Source: Octopus sinensis
Lineage: Eukaryota
Direction: 5' to 3'
NCBI RefSeq assembly: GCF_006345805.1
Contig: NC_043001.1
Span: 16,802,001-16,866,000 of the forward strand
Length of the DNA stretch: 64,000 nt
In this document: piece after piece, positions 26,864-40,185 of the stretch
How the letters are laid out: each line of letters starts with the position of its first letter
Numbering within the stretch: position 1 is the stretch's first letter
The notes under the pieces: generated by a model
Told to the model about the DNA's origin: nothing
What the model saw: only the letters and a program-made list of their open reading frames with translations
Database searches by the model: none
Program-made: the position numbers and the translations under genes

Positions 26864-27295
26864 ACTTTTTCTATCCCTGAGCGTTATACTAATACATCTG
26901 TTTGTTTTCTACACCACCTGTCTTCGTCTTTTGTGTTTTTTTCGCGAATTCTCCTATATATATATATATATATATATATTATATTATATTAGATATATAT
27001 ATATATATATATAGATATAAATCATAACAGTGAAAACTAAGCCAATACATAAGCCAATTAAATAAAAAATATAAAAGTTAAAAGATTATTTAAATAATTT
27101 AAACTTATAAATTTTAAATATATATATATACAAATATATATATATATATGTATGTATATTTTTATATATTCATATATTATTTTATTTATTCATTAATAAA
27201 TTTATTTATTTATTTAATTATTTCTTTATTTCTTTATTATTTTTTATATAAATATTCAAAACTATTAAAAGTTTAATAATATATATATATATATA

Positions 27296-27339
<44 letters not shown>

Positions 27340-27360
27340 TAAGAATTTTTTAAAACACTG

Positions 27361-27832
27361 ACTGTGATACAGAAGCCAGAGACTGCAGCATTCTGCCATG
27401 TGATTAAGTAGGGACTGTCACTCCCAACTTCTTCACAACATGCTTCCATCTTTTCTCATATATGCTTCGCGACAGATGTCTTCTATCCAGCCCTATCTTG
27501 CTTCTCAGATGGTATCTGAAGAAATACAGTAAGCCTGAGCCGGAGATATAGTTTCCTGTCGTGAATCCTTTCATTCTGGTCCTCCAAGTATACTCTTGCA
27601 TAACGGTGACTGTAGGAAACATGCGTCACCTTCCTTTGAAGATCCGGTTGGCAGTGCAGTCTTTATCACAGACTCAGCTTACAGCTGTACTCTTTCTAGA
27701 TGCGATGACACGTGTTCGACGTAAATTATCAAAGCAGAAATTTCAGGGTACTGTACAAGGGCATGCAGGACGGTTTCCTCACCCCACCCACACCTTGGAC
27801 ATATCGGTGATACTGGAATCCCGTGTCCGTCA
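27361..27832 (-). mobile_element. Tx1/L1-clade LINE ORF2 C-terminal fragment, cut by the assembly gap
   Basis: CPRCGWGEETVLHALVQ (CCHC-knuckle region), followed by TWRTRMKG...LLYFFRYHLRSKI...YEKRW. Confidence 0.8.
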
Positions 27833-27932
27833 NNNNNNNNNNNNNNNNNNNNNNNNNNNNNNNNNNNNNNNNNNNNNNNNNNNNNNNNNNNNNNNNNNNN
27901 NNNNNNNNNNNNNNNNNNNNNNNNNNNNNNNN
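27833..27932. other. Assembly gap (100 N)
   Basis: Run of exactly 100 N, the usual placeholder for a gap of unknown size. Confidence 1.
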
Positions 27933-28310
27933 TTAGCCAAATCTCATTAATAAAGCGATCCCTTCTCATCCCCTATTCGCTTTTCCTTCTTTCCACTCGT
28001 TCTCTTTCATTCATACACTCATACAATGTCTTGACAGTGTTTAGCTAAGAATATAGTTTATGGGATGATGCACTAACACAGGAAACAATAAAGAATGAAA
28101 ACAATATTTCGTTTAGAGCCTTCGATGTCCTTATATTGAGAACTTGCACGTCATCACCGTACAAGGTTGGTACAGGTATCGTAATTCCAACAGTAAAGGC
28201 GGCGAGCTGGCAGAAACGTTAGCACGCCGGGCGAAATGCATAGTCGTATTTCGTCTACCGCTACGTTCTGAGTTCAAATTCCGCCGAGGTCGACTTTGCC
28301 TTTCATCCTT

Positions 28311-28823
28311 CTTTGATCAAGGCTAATCGACCAGACATAATTGTTAAAGACAGGGAAAAAAATACCTGCAGACTAATTGAGGTAAGCGTCCCCACTGATA
28401 AAAATATATCTGTAAAGGAATTTGACAAACTTGGTAAATATAAGGACATGGAAATCGAAATACAAAAGATGTGGAATCTTAAAAACAAAAACTGTTCCTG
28501 TTATTGTAGGTGCCCTAGGTATGATAAAAAAGAGATGTCAGAAACACCTAAGACAATATCCCTGAGAACCATGTCTCAAGGAAATCAAAAGATTGTGGCT
28601 AACAAGTACCGCCGCCCACTCCTTAGAAAAACCCTATCAATGTAAATGTTTGTGTTGTATTACATGGAGATATTTCTCTACTTCCCCTCCCCAAGCTTTC
28701 AGCTATATTTCAACAACTCTTAACCTTCACTTGCCCTAGGGCGCTGGGTGTGCCCCGGCAAGTGATTGCATCAAACATGCAGATTAAAAGTAAATGACAA
28801 TAATAATAATAATAATAATAATA
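28311..28823 (+). mobile_element. RLE non-LTR retrotransposon (R4/Dong-like) 3' end with (TAA)n tail
   Basis: NRPDIIVKDREKNTCRLIEVSVPTDKNISVKEFDKLGKYKDMEIEIQKMW (PD..D/E..K..KY endonuclease motif); frameshift; ends in (TAA)n. Confidence 0.85.
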
Positions 28824-29142
28824 AAAAGATGCCATTCTAAAACGGTAGATTATCTAAATAGCACGACATATGGACGAGGTCTAAAGATGGTTTTACTTTT
28901 CTACTATAGGCACAAGGCCTGAAATTTGGTGGGAGGGGGCAGTCGATTAGATCGACCCAGTACGCAGCTGCTATTTAATTTCTTGACCCCGAAAGGCTGT
29001 AAAGCAAAGCCGACCACGGCGGAATTTGAACTCAGAACGTAAAGACAGACGATTCTGTCAGCTAACCGCCTTCTAAAGATGGTTTCTCCAAGAAACTGAA
29101 GTGAGGACATTGAAACATCAAAAAAAAAAAAAAAAGACTTAC

Positions 29143-29358
29143 CCAACAATGGAGATTTCTCATAGTATCCATCACGGACTTCCAAGTAATCGTAAGTACA
29201 CCCGAGGGTCTCCGGAATGTCAAGAGAAGTGATATTTAGAACGATTTTCTCTCCGTGTGTTGCAGATATTCGCCATTCACATTTTTCTTCGGTTGAGGAC
29301 TGACGGTTGGGCTTATGTGAGAATTCACCCGAAGCAGTTTGAAGAGTTCGACCACATG
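29143..29358 (-). CDS. BMP1: BMP1/tolloid CUB1 domain, first part
   Basis: ttgcag acceptor, gtaagt donor; 216 nt. Translates TCGRTLQTASGEFSHKPNRQSSTEEKCEWRISATHGEKIVLNITSLDIPETLGCTYDYLEVRDGYYEKSPLLG, with typical CUB motifs C.WRI and YDYLEVRDG. Confidence 0.95.
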
Positions 29359-29445
29359 CTGCAAGGAAAACACAATCAATATTTCAGTTACGTATTGGTT
29401 TAATCTTATATTGGTTCCAATCATTAGATTAACTGTGGCTCGCCT

Positions 29446-30160
29446 ATGTATGTATGTATGTACGTATGTATGTGTGTATGTATGTATGTATGTATGAGAG
29501 TATGTGTGTGTGTATGTGTACATGTGTGTATGTATGTACGTATGTATGTATGTACGTATGTATGTATGTATGTGTGTATGTATGAATGTATGTATGTATG
29601 AGTGTATGTATGTATGTATGAGTGTATGTGTGTATGTATGTGTGTATGTGTGTATATATGTATGTATGTGTGTGAGTATGTATGTATGAATGTATGTATG
29701 TGTGTATGTATGTATGAATGTATGTATGAGTGTATGTATGTATGTGTGTGTGTATGTATGTATGTATGTATATGTGTAAATGTATGTATGTATGTGTGTG
29801 CGTATGTATGCATGTATGTATGTGTGCATGTATGTATGTAATGTATGTATGTATGTATGTATGTAGGTGTGTGTGTATGTGTATATGTATGTATGCATGT
29901 GTGTGTGTATATATGTATGTATGTATGAATGTACGTATGTATGTATGTATGTATGATTGCATGTATGTATGTATGTATGTGTGTGTGTATGTATGTATGT
30001 ACGTATGCATGCATGTATATATGTATGAATGTATGTATGTTTGTGTGTTTGTATGTATGCATACATGTATGTATGTATGTATGTATGTATGTATGTATGT
30101 ATGTATGAATGTGTGTATGCATGCATGTATGTACGTATGCATGCATGCATATATGTATGT
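29446..30160. repeat. Long degenerate (TATG)n/(TG)n microsatellite
   Basis: About 715 bp of TATG/TGTG variants; source of the spurious HTYI ORFs. Confidence 0.95.
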
Positions 30161-30329
30161 AGGTGTGCTTATTTGTATCTGTGTTTGTTCCCCCTATCGT
30201 TTTACAACTGTTTTTTTGGGGTTTTTTTTTACTTCCCAGTAATTTAGGGGTTCGGCAAAAAATTAAAAAAAATACCCATAGAATTAGCACTGGGATCGAT
30301 TTGCAGAAAACAAAATTGTGCCTCCCTTT

Positions 30330-30537
30330 AAGTCGATAGTATTATATGTATCCATTCCAAGACCCTTTACTCTCCTAAGCAGTAGTTTCGGTGTTGTCCC
30401 AAGTGCAGCAACAATTACCACAGGAATACTTGTCATCTTCCATAATCTCTTCATCCTGATATTTTGCTATTTTCTCATTTTTTTTGGTATCGATTCTGTT
30501 AAACGATATTTCAAAGTCAATGACCTTGCTCTGCTTT

Positions 30538-30569
<32 letters not shown>

Positions 30570-30700
30570 TCATCTGTTATCCTTTATAATCATATCTGGT
30601 TTTCTTGCTTTAATAGCATAGTCAGTCTTTATGGAGGAAATCCCATAAAATCCAGTAGTTATTACTCACTATCACAGCCCCTCGCATACCACCTTTCTGT
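30330..30700 (-). pseudogene. Decayed RLE-type LINE fragment
   Basis: Minus strand ARKPDMIIKD..., KIAKYQD, MKRLWKMTSIPVVIVAALGTTPK. Confidence 0.65.
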
Positions 30701-32301
30701 TAGAATAGTGGAGGCGCAATGGCCCAGTGGTTAGGGCAGCGGACTCGCGGTCGGAGGATCACGGTTTCGATTCCCAGACCGGGCATTGTGAGTGTTTATT
30801 GAGCGAAAACACCTAAAGCTCCACGAGGCTCCGGCAGGGGGTGGTGGTGAACCCTGCTGTACTCTTTCACCACAACTTTCTCTCGCTCTTTCTTCCTGTT
30901 TCTCTTGTATCTTTACTTCAAAGGGCCAGCCTTGTCACATTCTGTGTGTCACGCTGAATCTCCTCGAGAACTACGTTAAGGGTACACGTGTCTGTGGAGT
31001 GCTCAGCCACTTGCACGTTAATATCACGAGCAAGCTGTTCCGTTGATCGTATCAGCTGGGACCCTCATCGTCGCAACCGACGGAGTGCTCCTACTCTGTT
31101 AGAATTCATTTTGTACTATCTAGAAATGGAATGTTTGACACGTTTCATAACCTGTCACGATGGCTTCCATTCAAAAACTCGTTTAATTCAATAGTTAATG
31201 TTTTAATTCCTTATCTATACTAAGCTCACTTTTTCTCATATCGTTGTAATCGCTCTGTATTGCGAAGTCCATTACTAAAAACATGTAATTAAGTCTTATG
31301 TAAAACTGTTTGTTTGGTTGGGTGTTAGCCGCTGTAAAGAAAAAATTCATACAGATTTGTGCATACAACTTTCTAATAGAGGAGATGGAGGTTTGTACGT
31401 GGAGAAAAGGCGCAAAATTGAACGCTTAAGCAACTGATATCATTAGTCTGGAAGCTGTATATTCAATATTTTACTCGTATTTATATTTCTTCAATTATAT
31501 TTCGTTGCTGTAGTTCTAGAATTTCACATAGAATATGGTATGCTAGCTTCCGTAAAGAGGTTAATTATGTACTCATATTATTAACATTTGTTGGCGTCAT
31601 TCATATTCCAGTTCGTATTCTCATACACATTTCCTCCTAAAAGAATTTCTCTTCCAGAACAGTTAACGCAGCGAAGTTCTTCCGCATTTGAATGTACAAG
31701 AACTCGTATATAGAGTACAGGAGGCGGTCGAAAAAGTCAGCTCCTATGTATGGCTGAAGCGAGAAGACCGAAAATGGCTTGAAAGTCATAACTCACCGGC
31801 GGGAAATAACATCACTAGGTGAGAAAAGCTGACACTGAATCAGCTTCGCTGATTGACAGGTGACGGTCGTTTAGAGAATGCGCGGGCTAAAACTACGCGC
31901 CTTCACTAGTCAGTTAAGGTGAGACAGTGTCACGTGACAACTTGCTGGGGCTGCCTGCTGGAGCCTAACGGCAGGTATTTAAAGGGGAAAATTTGACAAG
32001 TTAGTCAGTCACCGGCTGACACTCACTGACGATACGTCGAAGAGGCCAGGGAACAGAAGAAAGAAGAAAGGAGACATGCACCCAACACCAGAGCTGAAGA
32101 CACCTCCGAATGGGGGGGGGGACGTCAAAACGGATTGAGGAGTAGGGGCCGAAACCGGACGTGGTTCCTCCTGATGATGTCTTGAGCTAACTGGATCCTA
32201 TAAAGGAGCTGTTGTGGTAGCAGACCACGAAACACGGTTGTAATTCCTCCAAAATATGTAAACAGTTTTCAAATGATTATATTTGGAATCAAAATACTTA
32301 C

Positions 32302-32526
32302 TAGGACAACGATATAGTCTATTGGCTTGTCTGATGTCTCCAGGACTCAGTTTTAGTCTTTGACCAATGTCCTGGTTTCCATAATTATGTTTTGGTAAAA
32401 TAGTATCCACAAAAGTCGCCCGCGCAAATGTGTTTCTTGCATAATGCATTATACTTCCGTAATCGTACTCTTCGCCCAAGGAGTTGACATCGGTGGAAGT
32501 AAGTTTGTTAAAATTATATTCTTGAC
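32302..32526 (-). CDS. BMP1: BMP1/tolloid astacin C-terminal exon with Met-turn
   Basis: ttacag acceptor, gtaagt donor; 225 nt. Translates [74 protein letters not shown] (SIMHY Met-turn, IGQR.KLS.GDI). Confidence 0.97.
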
Positions 32527-33729
32527 CTGTAATACGAGAGAATCAGGAATAATTTGTTAACAGCATTGAGAACAATTGTATAACAGCAACAACAATAATA
32601 TCTATTTCTTTACTGCCCACAAGGGGCTAAACACAGAGAGGACAAACAAGGACAGACAAACGGATGAAGTCGATTATATCGACCCCAGTGCGTAACTGGT
32701 ACTTAATTTATCGACTTCGAAAGGATGAAAGGCAAAGTCAACCTCGGCGGAATTTGAACTCAGAACGTAGCGGCAGACGAAATACCTATTTCTTTACTAC
32801 CCACAAGGGGCTAAACATAGAGAGGACAAACAAGGACAGACAAACGGATTAAGTTGATTATATCGACTCCAGTTGACCTCGGCGGAATTTGAACTCAGAA
32901 CGTAGCGGCAGGCGAAATACTGCTACGCATTTCGCCCGGCGTGCTAACGTTTCTGCTAGTTTGCCACCTTAACAACAACAACAATAGCGCTTACGAGGAA
33001 AACCTAACTGTGGTTACTTAATCAACTTAAAATAGAGGTCACATTCGATTATGTTTTTTCGAACTCTAAAATCCATAGGCACTGTTACCCGGTTTCTATA
33101 GCTTGTAAGTTTGGCTTTATGCATCCTTACCGCACCTATTATTAGCCTTTTGTGTCTGTTACAAGCCTACTGTGTACAGCTTTCCAGCATCGTTTCATAA
33201 TTTTGACCCCTCCCCTTCTCTCTCTCCTTCATATTTTATTTATATAAGCATGCAACATTCAGGTAAGGCGGCGAGCTGGCTGAACCGTTAGCACGCTTTC
33301 GGGGTCGATAAATTAAGCACCAGTTACGCACTGGGGTCGATGTAATCGACTTAATACCTATGTCTGTCCTTGTTTGTCCCCTCTATGTTTAGCCCCTTGT
33401 GGGTAATAAAGAAATAGGTACTACTCGGAGTTTTCCAGCATGCCATGGATATAAAGCTATGTGGCTTCCAATCATTGATCAAAACACGTGCTACCTTTCA
33501 TCGGCTGTCTGTTTATCCTATGATAGTTTCACACAGCAGATGATGAACGGTGGCACGTAAATTGATCATCGATTAGAAATCGAATAACTTTATACCTGTT
33601 GCTTGCCGGGAAACTCTGAGCCCTGTATGCGAGTGTTCCATCTTTGTATTCTGTATTGAACATATTTCGCTATTTCATTAAATATTGAAGCCTACATCTG
33701 TTGTTGTTACATGCATGGTTAATTGTATT

Positions 33730-33818
<89 letters not shown>

Positions 33819-34406
33819 TTATTAATTCGAGGGGAGGCAATGTGAGCAGCAACTAAAGGAACATTACAAAATCCACAGAAAGATCAAACGCATACGAATA
33901 TTCATATATTCATTTATATCTACAGAACAGATATAAAGTCCGACGTTTAAAAATATAATAATATATAAATATATAAACATCATATAAAAATATATAGATA
34001 TATAAGAGACTCAGAGTTACATATATAACACATTGAATTTACGTTTAAAACCATAAAACATTTGGTAAAAATTTGGGGTAATGAAAAATTCAATGACATT
34101 AAAATGACGTATATATATATATAATGGCTACAAGATATCTCGCAGTTTCCTTCTACGCCATTTTGAAACACATCTTTTTGTTTTTACACAACCAGTTCGA
34201 ACTTGAAAACACGATTGCGAAAACAAACTTCTTAAACAGACAATCTAAACGATATTTCTACTTTATCTCCGTTTAAAGATAATTTATTCGTTTTCTTGTT
34301 CCTATGAAATAAAGTATGGACGTCGTTTTTATCAAAAAGATTGAAAGAATATAAAGCACAAATAAAAACACAAAATGTAAACATCAAATGTCTTTTAAGC
34401 ACGTAC

Positions 34407-34585
34407 CTGGCATAATATTACTATAAATAATTTCTACATGGTCTTCTCGATCAGGTCGCGTATGTTCATGCCAAAAGCCTACAACATGGCCCAATTCATG
34501 TACTACAATTCCAAATTTATCGCAATTTTTTCCTATTGATATGGCCTGTGCTCCGTTCCCGCGTTTTCCAACATACGAGCAGCAT
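34407..34585 (-). CDS. BMP1: BMP1/tolloid astacin exon with zinc-binding motif
   Basis: ttcag acceptor, gtacgt donor; 179 nt. Translates [60 protein letters not shown], with HExxHxxGxxHE and the tolloid PCGCCSY cysteine loop across the junction. Confidence 0.97.
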
Positions 34586-35878
34586 CTGAAGATATCCAAA
34601 TGGTTATTGATAAAGAATATAAAAATCGGTAGGGAAAATTATATTGAGTATAAGAAGAAACACTCTGGACGATTCAGGATAAAATATAGCCAACGTATCA
34701 ATGAGTAAAATGCTAGAATATCATTACTATTGTGTATAAATGTAAGTCAAATGTCTGTCATATACACAGTGCTTTGTGGTCATAATATTTTAAAATATTT
34801 TATTGAAAATGCAGTTCATTAACGCCGACAGTTTGCTTTGGCTGGTCATTTATATTACGTGTTTAGTGTATATTGTTTTAACCTTATCTTTGTTTCATTT
34901 GCTGGATTACGGCCAGTTTTGAAAAGCGTCTGGAAGGTTTTAAGCCATCAAATTGACTGCAGTACTTATCTGAAGCCAGTGACTTATTCTGTTGCTCTCT
35001 TTTTGCCGAACTGCTGCTTCACTAAGACGTAAACAAAATCAAACCCGTGTTCGAAACTCACACACACACATGCACACGATGCACGCTCGCACACACACAT
35101 ACACACTCACACTCACACAGAAGGCTCTTCTGCTCAAATTCTGACTACATTATATTCCTGGCCCATGGCTATGGTAGAAGCCGTAAAATGAGACTTAATC
35201 TCGAACCTGAAACTACGTTTTTGTACAACGAACTTCATAACCACAGTTATGTCATACATGTGTATGCATTTGTGCATATATAGGCGTAGGAGTGGCTGTG
35301 TGGTGAGTAGCTTGTTTACCAACCACATGGTTCCGGGTTCAGTCCCACTGCGTGGCACCTTGGGCAAGTGTCTTCTACTATAGCCTTTGGCCGACCAAAG
35401 CCTTGTGAGTGGATTTGGTAGACGGAAACAGAAAGAAGCCCGTCGTATATATGTATATATATATGTGTGTGTGTATATGTTTGTGTGTTTGTCCCCCCAA
35501 CATCACTTGACAACCGATGCTGGTGTGTTTACGTCCCCGTAACTTAGCGGTTCGGCAAAAGAGACCGGTAGAATAAGTACTAGGCTTACAAAGAATAAGT
35601 CCTGTGGGTCGATTTGCTCGACTAAAGGCGGTGCTCCAGCATGGCCACAGTCAAATGACTGAAACAAGTAGAAAGTAAATATATATATATGTTTATATAT
35701 GTACGTTAGTGTGTCAGCATGTGTGTGTGTATGTGTTTGTGTGTGTGTATGTGTTTATAGTTTATAGAAATCATAATGATTTCGTATTTATTTGAAGCAT
35801 AAGGAATAAAGACCCATATACTATCACCATTGTCTCGTGTTTTAACTTGTATATTTTGACAAACTGGCGTTCACTTAC

Positions 35879-35999
35879 CCGCATGGTCTTTCTGTAAAAA
35901 CAATATAATCAGTGTGATGGGGTTCACGATCAACAAAAGTTATACAAGTATGATTTTCCCAATGGCGCATCGCAAGTCGAAAAAGAGCCTTGTGTGTAC
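35879..35999 (-). CDS. BMP1: BMP1/tolloid astacin-domain exon (missed by the ORF track)
   Basis: aacaag acceptor after a pyrimidine tract, gtaagt donor; 121 nt. Translates [40 protein letters not shown]. Confidence 0.95.
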
Positions 36000-37093
36000 C
36001 TTGTTTGAAAAAGAAACAAAGAAAATGAGAGGCAATTCCTTCAAGGGAAGAAGATAATATCTTGCAGAATATTTATATTTATATTAGTAGATTACTAATA
36101 CAGAATGGGTGATGAATAAATATACGTAGTTACATCCATGTGTATTTAGTCTCATTCTCAAATTGGGCCCACGAGGACCTTTTAGTCGCAAGCTTTATTT
36201 ATATTGTAACAAATAGTTAATCCTATCACTGAAGGTTTAGGAGGGAGTGATGCACGGTTCCCTGAGCATTTGTTGTTTCGTTGGCTCGATTCTCTTTCCA
36301 AGCTGCTGAATATGCCCTCCTGGGCCAAATTTCGCCACCAGACTGTGAAATATGAGTGTTAGTGTTTGTTTATTTATATTACTATATTGTTATACCCCCT
36401 AATAACGGTTTCTTATTTTGGGGAATATAAAATCGAATGTTATATTTAATAATGTTTTATGCCTTCAGTGGAGAAGCTAAAACCTGATATGTATAATGTA
36501 CGAATTGTGAGATCAAGAAAATTTGAGGCTGAATGGTACAATTATACTGTTGATGAATGGTGAAAATAAATACTTTGAGTTAAAAAAAAAAACGACCTTA
36601 GGTCATTAAAAACATTAAATTATTTTCTATTTCTTGTGCTTTTATGGTTAAGCCAGGAGTAAGGAGAGAAGTAACTGTTCTCCACATGCTCTCAATCATA
36701 TTCTGATACGGTTTATATTCACTGATGCTTGCAGATAGAAGATGGGTGAGAAGAAAACTTCAGAGATTCCAAGGGAACAGGAAAGGAGACTTGGGTCCTA
36801 GAGAGTGTAATGCTCTAAGATTAAAAAGAGGAGTAAAGATATACATGTTGATATGGGTGATGGAAGTGGTATACAAATAAGCTTGACCAGAGAGGTACAG
36901 GTCACTAACGTACAATAAAATAGGGTGTATGAGGAAAACAATGTCTGAACGTTAAAGGGTGGATTGAATTGGTGATTTTACTGATCGGGCGAATAGCTTC
37001 CTTGTGAATGTGAACTGTTAAGAATCATGCATCAAAATATGGGAATCCAGAAGAAAATTTTCTTTAAGATCGACATATAAAGAAGACACTTAC

Positions 37094-37269
37094 CACTGAA
37101 ATTGGACTGTATTTGGTATGGAATCACACCATGACTCCAAAGACGGTCTAATCTGGCAGTTGCAGCTCTACGAACTCGAGAACTTCGATGCTTCGTTTCA
37201 CTCGAACTTCTACTTATATTTTTATTATTTAATGTGTGTGCGTTTAATCTTTCCCAACATTTTTTATCC
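37094..37269 (-). CDS. BMP1: BMP1/tolloid exon: end of prodomain, furin site RVRR, start of astacin domain
   Basis: ttacag acceptor, gtaagt donor; 176 nt. Translates DKKCWERLNAHTLNNKNISRSSSETKHRSSRVRR|AATARLDRLWSHGVIPYQIQSNFSG, matching the BMP1 mature N-terminus AAT.R..R.W..GVIPY.I..NF.G. Confidence 0.95.
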
Positions 37270-38105
37270 CTGTAATACAATAACATTTTATTAAGTTAAA
37301 GAAATAATATGTATAGCCACGTATACATACATATGTGTGCGTGTGTATTTATTAAACATTATAATACGTTAATAACACTTCCATTACTGCACAGTTTCGC
37401 CGTTATGGATTGTTCATATGTTAGATGCTATCGTAAAACTCCAAAACGATGAGGACGTGCAGTGATGGGAACGTAACTAGCTTGTACTGTTTAATACACA
37501 CGTAGCCATTTCTTCTCTTATCTCTCACTCTTAAACATCTTAACCCAGACAAACATTAAAAGTACGTTCAGAGGAACATCTGTTGTATCAAAAGCTTCGT
37601 TAACCCGAATCACTGTGCTGGGATGGACGCCACTAATAAGTAGAGAGTGGACTTTGACGAATCTTTTTTTTTTTTTCTTTCTTGCCTGAATCTATATATT
37701 TCTTTACTGCCCACAAGGGGCTAAACATAGAGGGGACAAACAAGGTCAGACAAAGGGATGAAGTCGATTACATCGACCCAGTGCAAAACTGGTACTTTAT
37801 TTATCGTCCCCGAAAGGATGAAAGGCAAAGTCGACCTCGGCGGAATTTGAACTCAGAACGTAACGACAGACCAAATACCTATTTCTTTACTACTCACAAG
37901 GGGCTAAACACAGAGAGGACAAACAAGGACAGACAAACGGATTAAGTCATTTATATCGACCCCAGTACGAAACTGGTACTTTATTTATCGACCCCGAAAG
38001 GATGAAAGGCAAAGTCGATCTCGGCGGAATTTGAACTCAGAACGTGACGGCAGACGAAATACTGCTGAGCATTTCGCCCGGCGTGCTAACGTTTCTGCCA
38101 GCTCG

Positions 38106-38161
<56 letters not shown>

Positions 38162-38164
<3 letters not shown>

Positions 38165-38647
38165 CCAGATATTGTTGTGAAAGACCAAAACAATAAAGTT
38201 TGCTTATTGATCGACATGAGCATCCCCTGTGATCAGAATATCTCAGCGAAAGAGTTTGACAAGCTCAGAAAATATAAAGACCTACTCATTGAAATTGAGA
38301 AAATGTGGCATCTCAAGGCGGTTACAATACCAGTGATCGTAGGAGCACTAGGAATGATCAAGAAGGGAACCGAAAATTATATGAGAATGATCCCTGGCTT
38401 ACCGTCCCTGCAAGAAGTGCAAAAAATTGTCTTAACTGGTACATCACACGTATTGAGAAGAGCATTGTCGATGTGAGAACTGTTGCTGCTCATGTATTTT
38501 AATTTAACTTAAAAAAAAAAAAAAATGAACGAACTAGTGAGTTTAGTTTAATGGCCTACCAATGTATACTATGAGTTTCTTTGCCCTAGGAGTCGGGAAG
38601 ACACCCGGCAAGAAATGGAAGCAAATTTGAAAGAAGAAAAAAAAAAG
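38162..38647 (+). mobile_element. 5'-truncated RLE non-LTR retrotransposon (R4/Dong-like) within (TAA)n
   Basis: Intact frame KPDIVVKDQNNKVCLLIDMSIPCDQNISAKEFDKLRKYKDLLIEIEKMWHLKAVTIPVIVGALG...; (TAA)n at 38107-38163 and 38648-38693. Confidence 0.9.
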
Positions 38648-39832
38648 TAATAATAATGATAATAATAATAATAATAATAATAATGATAATAATAGTTTGA
38701 ACAACAACAACACTATGGTGTGGGTGACTGATTGGAGATGAAATAATAAAGGGAGCAGATTTCCGTTTTTCGCTCGTACCATTTATCTCTGTTACTCAAA
38801 CGAGAAAAACACAATACAAACATATTAGCTACGTAAATAGAAACACGTGAATAAACATATGCCATGGCTGGTATAGAAATACGATACAGAGAAACACGAG
38901 GGCATGAGACATAACTACACGCACCGTCTGCTCCTCGGAGCTATCTGGTTGTACACAACCTCCGCCCAAACACATCCGCCATACATTCGTATTTCATCTT
39001 CTCGTCACGTTTCTTTTACGTTCTCCTCCCTGCTTCAGATCCCCCATCTTATGTCTTTTTTACAACCTTACTCCCCAAAGAGTAGTTGTCCCTCCGGAAT
39101 TCTCTCATCACCTATGTTTTTTCTTACAGATGTCAACTTCGTCGTTCAAGATTACTAGTAAACAGCATTGGTCTCTTACTGATCTTGAAGATACTAAAGC
39201 AAACCTAGATATCAACATTGGTTCTAAATTTTGGCTCAAACCCAGCAAGTTCGAACAGGAATTAAGTCGATTATATCGATCCCTCCGTGTTCAACTGAAA
39301 GGAATGAAGGTAAATTGGACCTCGGCGGAATTTGAACTCAGAACGTAAAGACGGACGAAATGCCGCTAAGCCAGATACCATTATTGCGAAGGAGTAATTC
39401 TCATAGAGAACAATCTCTCTTTATAGACGTTTTAATCTCAATGGGATCCAAAAAGAATTTGAAATGGATTATCCAAGAAGGAAACTTTTACAAGAAAGCG
39501 TGAAAACATCCAGATCTCCCTCAAATCATACCCCACCATCTTAAACACACCCTTAGGTCTGTTGTTAACTCTAGGTTTCATAAGGCCGGAGTTTAGCTCG
39601 TTTTCTTTGACATGTAAGTGAGTGAAATTACGACACACCCTCTTGAATGGGTCACCGGTCCGTCGCAAGTTTAATTTCCCAGCTATTACTGAAATTCATT
39701 TACAACTGAAGAACTGAAGTGTTTTGCTGAAGAACACAACGCACCTTCTGGTCCGGGGATCGAAACTACGGTTGAGAGTGCAATGCCCCAACCACTAGGT
39801 TATCCTTAAAGAAAAAGTACATATTATATATA

Positions 39833-39868
<36 letters not shown>

Positions 39869-40185
39869 CGGAGAGTGAACATACTACTATCATGTTCTTA
39901 GGAATGAAATTAACCTCTCTGTCTATATATCTACCCTCTTTATAATGTTGGCAAATGAAATAGGGATAAGAATGTGCATTGTTCGTTTAATTGGAAAATT
40001 CTATAAGTGGCTGAAGATTGCTCGACATTTTAAAACTGATGTAATACTTATTGTGTTTAATAAAATGAAGTAGCATGAAACAATTGTACTACACTACCTT
40101 ATTCCTTTCAATGATCTAAAAAATCGACAGAAAGTATCGTATCAGATCACAAAGCAAAACTGAGAGGAAAATTTCAAATACTCAC

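Noticed and set aside
29236-30290. Long ORFs of 230-304 aa (HTYI repeats)
   Set aside because: Translations of (CATA)n microsatellite; open only because the repeat lacks stops.
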